Positions 1-11,049 of a DNA stretch of 64,000 bases are shown here, one piece after another. The notes below the pieces were generated by a model. The model saw only the letters and a list, made by a program, of their open reading frames with translations, made no database searches and had not been told where the DNA came from. Made by a program: the position numbers and the translations under genes. Origin of the DNA: Lama guanicoe (Eukaryota); assembly GCA_013239625.1 (NCBI GenBank), contig MU053934.1, forward strand, positions 837,285 to 901,284. Reading direction: 5' to 3'. Position 1 is the stretch's first letter, and each line of letters begins with the position of its first letter.

Positions 1-163
1 ATAAATAAAATCTTACCGGAGCACAACCAGGCTTGATCACTTACATATAGTCTGCTGTTACAGTGCAGTGTCAGAATTGAGCAGTTGCATCAGAAACTGT
101 GTCGTCCGCAAAGCCTAAAACATTTACTCCCTGGTCTTTAACAGAAAAAGGTTGCTGATTCTT
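1..163 (+). mobile_element. MER58A-like hAT-Charlie MITE (3' part, cut by the window edge)
   Basis: Collinear with the recalled MER58A consensus: taaataaa...gagcagttgc...ccgcaaagcctaaaacatttact...tttaacagaaaaaggttgctga. Confidence 0.85.
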
Positions 164-509
164 GAGCTGCTTTAATAAGTGTGGCTGAATGCTAGGAACC
201 ATCCATTCAAACTTGGGCCAATTGTTCAGAATTGAAAAAAAAAGATTGGAGTGTGTTTGCATAATGATCTTTGTTTTCCTGTTTTACTTCATTTTCCGAT
301 ATATTTTACTGTACTTATGTTGTGTATGTTTTATATTATGTGTATTACATAAAATTTTATTTATCCAAAACCTTCTCAGTGCACTTTGTATTAGATCTTG
401 TGAAGAACTTACAATCAGGTAGTGAAAAAGTCAAATATAAAAATAACTAAAATACAAGGCAAAAAAAAATTAGGCAGGCATGTGGAAAAGGAACAAGGTT
501 GAGATTAAC

Positions 510-1000
510 CATGTGGCAGACTTTATGTATATTGTTCATTTAAATGCCACAATAACCTTATGAGATAGCTATTAATAGATCTTTTTTAATTTTTAAAAAT
601 TTAAAAAATTCTATTAAAGTGTAGTTGAATTACAGTGTTAGTTTCAGGTATACAGCAAAAGTGATTTGGTTATTCATATACATGCATATATATTTTTTCA
701 GATTCTTTTCCATTATTATGTTGTTATAAGGTATTGAATATTGAATATTATAAGGTATAGTTCCCTGTGCTATACAGTAGGTCCTTGTTTATCTATTTTA
801 TATATAGTAGTGTGTATCTGTTAATGCCCTACTCCTAATTTATCCCTACCCCGCCCTTTCCCCTTTGGTAACCATCGTTTGTTTTCTACATCCATGAGTC
901 TTTAATAGACCATTTGATAAATGTGGAAACTAAGGCTGGGAGACATAGACTAATTTGCCTAACTAGGGTTGCTCAGTAGGTTGCAGAATTGAAATTCAGT
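510..1000 (-). mobile_element. MIR SINE interrupted by an L1 fragment
   Basis: catttaaatgccacaataaccttatgagatag lies left of the L1; ataaatgtggaaactaaggct (MIR core) continues right of it. Confidence 0.7.
582..900 (-). mobile_element. 5'-truncated cetartiodactyl-type L1 3' end
   Basis: T-rich tail, then ttccctgtgctatacagtaggtccttg...tatatagtagtgtgtatctgttaat; flanked by ttaatagatc (572-581) and ttaatagacc (902-911). Confidence 0.9.
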
Positions 1001-1029
1001 TAAAGATTTACCATTCAGTCTATTTACTG

Positions 1030-1500
1030 AGGTTTTATTTATTTGTTTCCTGTGGCTATATCTTTAATTTCCACAATTTGCATTTGGTTCTTTTTCAAAT
1101 CTGTTGGCAATTTGTTGTAGTTATTATATGATTGACTTTCTTCTTTTATCTCTTTGAATATTTTAAACATGCTTAAGTTGAAAGCTCTGTCCCCAACCTG
1201 GCCTTGGCTCCAAAACGTCAGAATGTTGAGTAGAATGTAACAAACCAACACCTAGAAAGGCAGCGTAACTTCACTAAAACTCAGTGCTATGCTTACAGCA
1301 TAGTGTTGTTATTTTTTTAATTATTATCATTCAGAGTTCTTGGGGTGTGACTCTGACATTTTCTATGTCTGCTCACTCTCCTTGACACATTTCTCATGTA
1401 GTTTGTAATCTTTTACGACAAGCTTATGTTTATCGGCAACGGTTTTCCTTTGTGAATCCGTATGTCCTGACTTACAGAGACATCCTGTGGAGACATCTTC
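1030..1500 (-). mobile_element. Ancient L1 (L1M/HAL1-like) ORF1 N-terminal remnant
   Basis: The ORF at 1039-1251 gives MFKIFKEIKEE...DLKKNQMQIVEIKD, resembling the L1 ORF1p coiled coil. Confidence 0.6.
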
Positions 1501-1699
1501 CTGCAGCTCAGGCGGGCAGCAAATTTCATTGCCCCTTCTCCAAGCAGGGGAGGGGAATGAAGGGAACATGTTTCATTTTTTGTTTTTAATTTCCATGTTT
1601 CTACCAATTTCATCTCCTTTTGTGCCATCTTGTGAATTAAGATCTTTGAGTCTTAAAGTTAGCTCCTTCTTTTCTTTTTGTGGTGAGATGTTTTAATAC

Positions 1700-3290
1700 A
1701 TATATTTAACTTAAAATAATCTAAAGTTTATCCTTATTATCTTTCTGTATAATAAAAGGATCGTAGAATGTTTTTCTGCTGTTTGCCCTCCAGTAATAAA
1801 AATGATGCCTATTTTTAGTCTTTTTAACCTCATAAATGAGACATGTTATTGCCGTGTTGATTTCTAAACTGTTAAGATTCACCCTCATTTACTTTTCCAG
1901 AATTTACTTTTTTCCCTCACTGTCCCTCTTTGTATCTTACACCTTTTTTGAGGCTCATCTTTTCTCCCCCCTTTCGAAGTTCATGCTTCATGAAGGTCTC
2001 TTGACAGTAAATATTATTTTTTATCTGAAAATGTCTTTATTTATAATTTTCCCTTAACAGAGGCACTGGGGACTTTGTGCAAGCCAAGCACGTGCTCTAC
2101 CCACTCCCTTATTCTTTTTCTTAAAAGATGGTTTCTCTGAATACATACGTTCTGGATTGACAGTGGTTCTTTTTCACTACTTTTGATACGATTCCGTCAC
2201 CTTCTGGCTTTCACTTTTATGGATGCGAAGTCATCTGTCAGTCTGCAGCCCCTTTGACAGTAACGTGCGTTTCTGTTTTCTGGGATTTATTAGATTTCCG
2301 GACCCTGTGGAACTGTGCTTTTCAGTGATTCTGACATTTTTTTCGGGTAGTAATCTTTCTACATGTCCTTGGTCTCTCTAGTCTTTCTAGAGTGCTGGTT
2401 ATTAGAACCTCTTGCTCTGCCCTCCATGATTCCTTTTTCATAGTCCCAGCCTTTTTGTCTCCCTTGACTGCAATGTTAGTAACTAATTACACCTATCTTC
2501 CAACTCACCAAGTCTCTTCATCTCTGTATAATCTGCCATGTAATCTGCTCATAGAGATTCTGATTATTATTTATTCCTTTATTATTTCTGGAAGTTCCAT
2601 TTGATTCTGTTTCAAAATTTCCTGGTCCATTTTGATAGTAATTTTTTTTTTTTGAGGGGGAGAGAGAGTTTTTTGTCCTACTTTTAATATCCTATTTTAT
2701 TTTGTTAAATATACTATTTATACTCATTTTTAGTTTTCCCAAAGTTAATTCCAACACTGAGAGTCTTTGTGAGCCTAGTTCTGCAATTTTGGGTTTTGTG
2801 GTTGTTCATGTCTTCAATCTTAATCATAATGACTCGCTTCTACATATTATGTGATTTGTTCCTGTGAGTGCATGTTCTTTGCAACAATACTCCTCAGGGG
2901 CCTGAGTTTAAATAGTGTGCTTCAAAAGAGGATTTGACTTAGATTCTGCCAGAACTACTCACAGCTGTATCTTTGTTTTGGGATGTTTTTTGGGCTGTAT
3001 ATCGTATGTGAATTCTGGACCCAAACGCATGTGTGGATAGGTAGAGATTATGGGTAGAGATTCTTGGGGAGGTTTTAATCTGCTTTCCCCAGAGAGAAGC
3101 AAATATCCCAGCCTTGCCTTTTGCAGAGCAAGTTTTTTTAAAATGTGTTTTTCCTAAGTCACTTTGAGAGTCTTGTCTTCTCATCGGAGTTCCAGACTCA
3201 GCTCTCACTCTAAGCAAGTCCTGTGTTTTTTCTACTGTTCTCTGGGTGCACAAGCTGTTAAAACCTGAATTCTGGCCACTAGAAATTGAA
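1700..3290 (-). mobile_element. Ancient L1 ORF1/5' region, decayed
   Basis: T-rich antisense L1 motifs such as tctgaaaatgtctttattt, ttctggctttc...gaagtcatctgtcagtctg and atttctggaagttccatttgattctgtttcaaa. Confidence 0.6.
2057..2108 (-). mobile_element. Internally deleted Vic-1-like SINE head
   Basis: The reverse complement ggtagagcacgtgcttggcttgcacaaagtccccagtgcctct matches the SINE at 22089 but lacks the B-box segment; tccctta occurs at both ends. Confidence 0.65.
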
Positions 3291-3679
3291 AGTCCTAGGG
3301 AAAATGATGATTTCCCTTCTGGACCACTCTCCTTTATTTTCCCATCATTTTAACTTCCAGAGAATTTTCTCTTTTTTTAAAATAAAATATTTTACTCAGA
3401 GTTTTTATGAATTCTGTGACAGGAAGATTCCTCTGGTCACCCAGGTACGAGCTGTCAGTTCCCGTTCCGAGCCGGGTATCAAAACTGTAGTCGTAACTCC
3501 TAAATCCCATGTTTTGTTCTAATCCCAATTTGGATGTTCACCTCAGCCCCTGCTCACCTCTTTGCTTTAAATTCACTCTTTCTGACACCTGAGAATTACC
3601 CCTATTGCTTTAAAATGCAGTTGCATTTTAATTTTTGTGGTCCTTACTTGTCTCTGAGAATTCTGTATGAAAAGCGTGA

Positions 3680-3880
3680 AGCATCAGAGTGAAGAGCACA
3701 GACCCTCACGCTGGGATGCCAGGGCTGTCCCGGCTCCACCAAGCTCTCCTGTGCAAACTTGACCGAGATATTTAAACTCACTGGTAACATAACTATAATA
3801 ATTGTGTTTAAATCATAGAGTTTCTGTGGGGACTCAGAATGGTCCCTGGCATAAGATCTATGCTATCTAAGTGTTAACTA
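3680..3880 (+). mobile_element. MIR SINE
   Basis: gtgaagagcacagac...ccggctccacc...ctgtgcaaacttgaccgagatatttaaactc...cctggcata...aagtgttaacta. Confidence 0.7.
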
Positions 3881-5062
3881 GCATCTACAGGTTATATCTG
3901 GACCAGGAGGGACCTTCCTACTTCAGCTCATATTTTCCTAGACAGAACTCCTCTAGAGTCCGTGTTCCTTCCATTGCACCATGAGGTCTACCCAGGGATA
4001 GGAAAGGAGCTGCCTGAGCCTGGTGAGGTGAGACGGAGACCTGCTTCCTAAATTAGGGGTGGAGGGTAGAAGCTTAACTGTTGAATAATAAAGCAAAATG
4101 CCACTTCTTTTCACCAGGGAAGTAAAAGATAAAGCAAGGGGCTGGGTAGATTTGGATGTCTCTTTGCAATGTGCTCCTTGGTCGAGTAATAACAATTTGT
4201 CTCCACATTTCTGGAAGGATGGATCTATGGGAAGGTGTTAATTGGCCCATAAGTTTAGGTCAGAGGGAGGGCAGAGCCTCAGCACGTGCGTCCTTGTGTC
4301 TTCGGCAAAGACTTGCACAGTGTCTCACACATCATATAACCCACTGAGTTCTTGCCAATCCAGTATTACCCGCTATTTGAACACTCTCCTCTTTTCGAGG
4401 GACCAGATGGAGTTTTCTCTATGTTCAGATTCTTGTGATTAACTAGAACATAGGGACAGTTAGACAGACTGTCTTGCGAAATTCACCTGGGGGTGGACAA
4501 GAACTCTGTTCCTTGGTTTCCTCAATGCTTTCCACACAGGAAGTCTAAACTAAGAAGTGGCAAGCAACAAGGTATCCAGCTGGGAAATGATCTCTTGTTG
4601 AATGGCACCAGGGAGGCGTGAGGTAACGCTCTATTTTGGATTTTTAATTATCTGGAAGAGAGACTCAGGAGTGCTATAGAGACTTGCAGGTGTGCTCCAC
4701 CGGGAGGGAAGGCAATTGCTACTGAGGAGGAATGGAACAAAGGGGGCTGGAGAGATGGGTGGGATTGGCAGCAAACCAGGAGGGGAGGGGAGGCAGCTGC
4801 CTTCTTTCAGCCGTGGTCAAAGTGTGGCCCTTAATGGATGAGCACTCCGTCAGGTGGAGTCTTGTTTCTTTAAGATACCCAGTTTACCAGTTGGTCGCAA
4901 CCCTTTTAACAGCCCTCCACCCTGTTTCCATGGTACCTGCCTGCATCACATACTCAGAGCAGCAGCATCCAGTGTTTAAGGGTGAATTCCTTGGAGGTGG
5001 GCAGACTATCTGATTTCAGGAGTGTAATTTTGATGTCACCACCCCTCTGATCAGGTGATGAT

Positions 5063-5237
5063 CAGGGCCAAGAAGAGGCTGAGGTGAGTGAGGGGCCTAG
5101 AGCATAAACTGGAAGGGAGCACCTACTCCCCTGGTTATGTTAGTGCAGGGCTGCTGCTGGCTCAGCCCTGAGAACAAATGCCTCCTTAATATTTTAGCCC
5201 TAGGCACCGAGCTTTTCACCCTAGTCCCCTGGCCCTG
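5063..5237. mobile_element. MER96-like palindromic hAT MITE
   Basis: Terminal inverted repeats cagggcca/tggccctg, internal dyad symmetry, and an 8-bp TSD gtgatgat/gcgatgat. Confidence 0.85.
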
Positions 5238-5340
5238 GCGATGATCATATCTACCTCATAGGGTTTAGATGAGAATTAAATAAAATCAGACACAGAAAGT
5301 AATTAGAAGAGTGTCTGACACATGGGAACTGTGAATATTC
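5238..5340 (+). mobile_element. MIR 3' half
   Basis: atctacctcatagggtttagatgagaattaaataaaat...agtgtctgacacatgg. Confidence 0.7.
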
Positions 5341-5454
5341 AGATAGCATCCTCGCTCTCTCATCTCCAACGTGCCAGTCTCACCAGGCTGTGGAAAGGTG
5401 ACCCAAGGAGTTTGTTAGAAATTTCAAGCCTTTCAAAGAGGAAGAAACATCTTG

Positions 5455-5820
5455 AGAAAAACGAGTATCATATGATATCACTTATATGTGGAATCTAAAA
5501 AAATATGACACAAATGAACTTATTTACAAAACAGAGACTCACAGACATAGAAAACAAACTTATGGTTACCAAAGGGGGAAGGGTGGGGAGGAGGGAAAAA
5601 CTGGGAATTTGGGATTAGCAGATACACACTACTATACATAAAATAGATAAACAACAAGGTCCTACTGTATAGCACAGGGAACTATATTCAGTAGCTTGTA
5701 ATAACCTATAATGAAAAAGAATATGATAAAGAATATATATATGTATAACTGAGTCACTATGCGGTGCACCAGAAACTAACACAACATTGTAAATCAACTA
5801 TACTTCAATTGAAAAAAAGA
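5455..5820 (+). mobile_element. Cetartiodactyl-type L1 3' end
   Basis: atatcacttatatgtggaatctaaaa...actcacagacatagaaaacaaacttatggttacc...aaatcaactatacttcaat followed by an A tail. Confidence 0.92.
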
Positions 5821-6886
5821 AGCTATAATGCATTCTCCAAATAAATTCCTTACTCAAAAAAAAAAAAAAAGAAATAGGGTCCTGTCTGGGAGCAAAAATA
5901 AAAACAGGCTCACATTGTGGGCTCTCCAGGTAGCTGACATTTATAAACAATAATATGCATTGTTGTATATCGGAATGGGATGTTTTATTATATATTTTTG
6001 TTTGGTAGTAACTCATTACAGCAAACACTGCTCAATAGCCATCCCCTCCCTCTTCCTCTGGAAGAGACTGCTTCTCATGACAGAGGGTGCAGATGATCAG
6101 TGCCCACTTCCTCAAACCGCCTTGCAGCAGTGACAAGAGCATATGAACCTGTTTTCAGAATTGTCTTCCCTCATGAAGAGGGATGCCTCCGAGTCCCAGA
6201 GCTGGTGTCGGAAGCTAACTTAGACATTGAGCACTCATTTCTGGAAGGCAAAATGGACTCAGAACTTCCTTTTCTTTGTACTTTTGTGTTTGTCTTATTC
6301 TTCCCCTCCAGTGTCTAAATTCTTCTTAAGAGAGAGCTTTGTTCTATTGTAACTGATCAAGTCAGAGAGAAGTTTTGATAGCTGGTGAATGGCGTGGTGG
6401 TGTCCGTAGGAGACCAACCAGGTCTGGATCCCCCAGGAAGGATGGAGGGGAAATCAAGACAGAAGGGGTTAGGCCACCTATGGGCCTGCCTGAGTCTTTC
6501 CCCATTTTTTTCCCTTTGAATGCGAGGCTGGTGTCATTTCTCCAATCTGGAAGCTGACAGCTGAGCTGTCAGAAAGCTTCAGAGGGTGGCCCTTGGCAAC
6601 AACATGGAATTAGCACTGGGGAGTTTGTCTGCAGCAGCATATGCTGGAAGCAGTCGTGAGACACCTGCAAACTGAGAGATGGTGGACATGAATAGCATGG
6701 TGCCTTCATCTGAGGGTGCAAGGGGGACAATGAGAGCGGAGCCCGTGCTGGGGGAAGTCTCTTAGAAGTAACATGAAAGAGGTGAGTTTGGAGCTGGGAA
6801 CTCAGAAAAATCACAGGATGTATTTGAGCCAGGAAAGGATATTGGAGATCTTCACTTTCAGTGATTTCTAATTCAAATTATATGTT

Positions 6887-7108
6887 AGCAGTAGGCAAAC
6901 CTTTTCTGTAAAAGGCCCAGGAGCAAATATTTTTGGCTTTGTGGGCCTTCAGTCCCTGTTGCAACTACCCAACTCTGCCACTGTAGCACGAAAGCAGTCA
7001 TAGACAGTGAACACGTGAGCAGGCAGGGCTGTGTTCCAATAAAACTTTCTTAACAACAGTAAATGGTGGGCCAGGTTGGCCTGTGGACTGCAGTTTGCCA
7101 GCCCATGC
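6887..7108 (-). mobile_element. MER58A-like MITE, near full length
   Basis: ggcaaaccttttctgtaaaaggcc...ggctgtgttccaataaaacttt...cagtttgccagccc. Confidence 0.88.
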
Positions 7109-7289
7109 TCTTGGGTCCTAGAAAGTCAGTGGTATGGCATCTTCTCTATGCCGGACCCTGCCCGAACCAGGGAGGTATATAGAAGGAAACGGTCACTGAT
7201 CTTTTTTTCTTTTCTAGGATTTTACAGTTTCTCCTTTCCTGCTTTCTCAACTCCTCTTTGATCTCTGTCACCACCACCTCCATCATCAC

Positions 7290-7490
7290 TCTTCACTGAG
7301 CATCTTCTGTGGGTCAGACCTACCTGTCCTAGGAGTTTTATATGTATGTTATTTTTAAGCTTCAGATGGTCCTGCAACATAAGTATTATTATCTCCATTT
7401 TGCTGGAAGCCAGACTTCCAACTTGCCCAAGGCTCTGGAGCTCATAGGTGTTAGAGCTGGAATGTAAACCTCGATCTTTCTTATTTCAAA
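7290..7490 (-). mobile_element. MIR SINE
   Basis: actgagcatcttctgtggg...tattattatctccatttt...aacttgcccaagg...agagctggaatgtaaacc. Confidence 0.7.
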
Positions 7491-7529
7491 ATACCTGCTT
7501 ATTTCAAGTGGCTTTATGGATTTGGAAGA

Positions 7530-7745
7530 GGAAATCTAGAGACACACTGCCTGGGACTGAATTCTGATTGTGTGACTGTGGGCACAGTATTTAATTTCTG
7601 TGTGTCTTATTCCCTCATCTGTAAAGCAGAGACAATGAAAGTGCTTATTTCATAGTGTAGGTGATGATAAATTAGCCAACAGAAGTGAATCTCTTACGGA
7701 CAGTGATGGGCATAATATGAGTCTACAGAAGTATTTGCAGTTGCT
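7530..7745 (+). mobile_element. MIR SINE
   Basis: tgtgtgactgtgggcac...ttccctcatctgtaaagcagagacaatgaaagtgcttatttcatag. Confidence 0.75.
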
Positions 7746-7837
7746 GTTTTTTATTAAAAGAGGGATTAGACATGGGAAGAGGAAAATTGCAGTATCCTGG
7801 GTGTAATATTACAGAGGTTCCTATAGTCAGGGTGATG

Positions 7838-8050
7838 CAATGCTTCTTAACTGCTGGCAGTTTTGCTCCCCAGGGGACGTTTGAAGATGCCTGGATACAT
7901 TTTTGATTGTCAGGACTGGGGAGAAGGGGCAGCTACTGGCATCTGGTGTGCAGAGGCCGGGGATGCTGCTCAACATCCTACAATGTACAGGGCAGCCCCC
8001 AGCCCACCCCAACAACAGAGAATTATCTGGCCCTAAATTTCAATACTGTT
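7838..8050 (+). mobile_element. MER20 hAT-Charlie transposon
   Basis: ttttgctccccaggggacgtttg...ctactggcatctggtg...gatgctgctcaacatcctacaatgtacagggcagcccc...gaattatctggccc. Confidence 0.92.
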
Positions 8051-9014
8051 GCAATATTTTAAACAATGAGGAAAAACAGGTGGGCCATGGAGTGATGTAT
8101 TTGCTGACAGTAAAGAATTGTTTAGGAGCGAAGATAGGATAATAACCCTTATCTACAGAGTTCAAAACTTGAGTCCTTTCTCCTCCCGCACATTGCCACG
8201 GGGACAACTGTGGCGCAAGCGGTGGCAATCCGGAGGACATACTTCATGTGCACAAGCTTAGAAGCAGGGAAAATGGTGGACCGGGATAGAACATCCTGCT
8301 TCACTTGATTTACACGGTCTCAGGGTGGGGGAGTCATAAGAAGCAAGTGAGGGAGGTGGGAAGGGACCCCTGTGAAGAGCTCAGAGTTGGTGGCAGAGGC
8401 CACAGGGACCCGTGCTGGGCGTTGGAGCAGAGGAATGACGCTTAGCTCTTGGGGCCACGGAGGACCTGTGTGGGAGAAGTCTGGAGTCTGGAAGGTCAGC
8501 TGGCAGGTGACTGAGCCCCAGCGCTCCAGACAGGATGGACCAGAGGAGGACCCTCAGAGACCCGGGGGAGGAGTCTTTATGCAGCTTGTACGTAGCACGC
8601 GCTCTGCCTTCAATCAGAGACAAGTGGGCGCTAACGACCTCTGGCCACACATGCGGAACTCCCTCTGCCCAGCCCCAAGTGACTCGGCGCCTGCTAATGG
8701 GGTTTTCTGGAGGGCTGTTAAGGATCATTAAAAAGCAGTTTTTGCAAACCCAATATTAGTTTTTAAGTGGTTAGCAGGGGTAAGCCCTCACTGCTCAGTG
8801 TTAACCCAAGTGAGTGATGAGTTGTCATTCAGGAAACAGATGGGAAGCAGTGGAAATCCGCCAGGTCCCTTGGGCGGTGGAGCAAAGAGGGTGCTTCCGA
8901 ATCAATTCTATCCCACTTATTTCCATTTGAGTCACAGAATGGTTTCTGAACACTCTCTCCATTACCAGAACTATCCTAGTCATTGAAGAATTATCTTAAT
9001 AGTAGTAAGACTCA

Positions 9015-9740
9015 TAACAATAATACTTGTAATAATAGGAATTTATTGAGCATCTGCTGTAGATTAAGAACTGTGCTAGGTACTTTACACGTAAAACACT
9101 CCTTCCAATCCTGCAACGCAGCTGCAGAGTGGGCATTAATAACCCCATCTCATACATGAGGGTCTTGAGATTGAAAAAAACAAAACTGAAATCCTTTGGC
9201 TCTCATGATCTAATGGGACAAATGTTTAAACAAATGAATGTTCTATCATACTGTAAGTCTGGAAACATATAATAATAATTGTTAACATTTATGAAATACT
9301 CTTAATATTCCAGGCACTGCTCCACTCTCTTTCCAGGTAAGGGCTCATTTATTTCTCACAAAGCACTAAAAGGAGTTACTACAATCCCCATTTTTTGAGA
9401 CAGGGAAATTGAGACAGAGAGCAGTCATAAGAAATTTGGGTAAAATTGGACAACTGGTCAGAGGAAGAGCAGGCTACAAGCTCAGATATCAATGAGTTCC
9501 TCTAACCAACGCTCACTGTATTCACCTATATTATGGATTTAACAGAAATATTGATCTCACAGACTTGCTAGAAGGATTCAAACACCTGATGAACATAAAG
9601 TAATGAGCAGAATGTCTGGCATATGTCGTGTGCTTGATAGCAGCCTTATTTGGGGGTTTTGCTCATGACTTCATCCTCCGTGTCTAGAACATTGCCTAGT
9701 ACAAACGAGGGAATTAGTAAGTGTTTGTTGAATGCATGTT
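9015..9740. mobile_element. Cluster of MIR fragments with an L2 3' end
   Basis: atttattgagcatctgctgt (9041); ccccatttttt...ggaaattgagacagaga (9387); L2 tail tgtttgttgaatg (9722). Confidence 0.7.
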
Positions 9741-11049
9741 AAAATGTCAGCGATCAAGCCATCAATATCGTTGTTATCAAGGAGACAGGAAGGGTAATTT
9801 TATACCAGAATGTCTGAAGGAGTTCGATGTAGCAACAAAGTGTAAGATGTGCTGGAGTCGGGAAAGACAACTTGGGGGAACTCCTCTGACTTACATAACC
9901 ATAGGATGGCTGAGACGTTGCTGGTGCAAACCAGCATCCCAAGCTTGGAAAAGTTCTCCTGAGGTGTCTGGGAGAAGAGACCTGTGTGCAGGGATGTGTG
10001 TGTAGTGGAAGTGGTTGCCATGGAAGCCAACACATCCCCACGCCATGAAGGCGGACCCCTCGGGAAGAAGAGCTCTGTGCTGAGAATAAAAGCCAGGCTT
10101 CCTCTGCCCCACTAGCTCCTCCCTGCATCCTTAGGAGAAAGGCAGCCCAGGAGAGGTGGGGAGACTAGGGAGCTTGGCTCAGAAAATGGGGAGGTCATCT
10201 CAGAAGTCCAGGGTGAAGAAGGTGGTCATCATCTATGCCAGACACTGTGGAGTCCTATACGAGGACTCAGCCAGACAAGGGATAATTCACCACAGGCCTA
10301 GGACAAGCAAACAGACATGTTGAGCGAACTTGCTGAAGATCAGAGTGTAAGCGAACATCCAATATTTGGACTCTGGTGTCTGACTCCCAAACCATAACTT
10401 TGTGCTATCCGTATGTCACTTCTGAAGGCTTCCCTTTCAGCAAGCCCCACCCCAGCTTCATTTCACACGTCCCTCGACGTCCCTCGAGCACACCTGTGTT
10501 CATGCCCTCAATTCTTCCTGGCATTTCCAACCTTCTCCACGTATGTTGGTCAGAATTTTTGCAGTTGTTTCAAAGAGCCGATATTCTTCCATCATGAAGT
10601 TGTATCTGATTCTTCCCAGCTGTAAGTCATCACATGTTTTTTTTTCTTTACCTTCTCATCTATGATTCTTCTATAACATTGATCTTATTCTGCCTCTTAT
10701 TATACAATTGATTGTCTCTCTCTCTCTCTTTCTTTTTCACTTGGGACCTTTTAGGGCAGGATGGTTCTCTTTACATTGGTGTCCCCTGTGACACTCATCA
10801 CAGTGCTTTGGACATAACACAGGATCAATAACACTTGTTAAATTGAAATAAGACACAAACAGGGTATATTTCTCACCATCTATTTACCTCCAAACTGGTC
10901 TTTCGAGATTCCTGTTTCAAAGATTTCATGAGATTTAAAGGAGAATCTGAAAATATTCTTGGGCAAAAAGAAGGGTGTATGAAAGAGTGGGAAAAACTAA
11001 ATGTAGTACATCAGCAGGGCACTAGTTGAGTAAGCTTTGGTTTATCCAC

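Noticed and set aside
4603..4620. CTCF-like motif here, also at about 43542 and 59896
   Set aside because: Each has several mismatches or an insertion relative to the CCASYAGRKGGCRS core.
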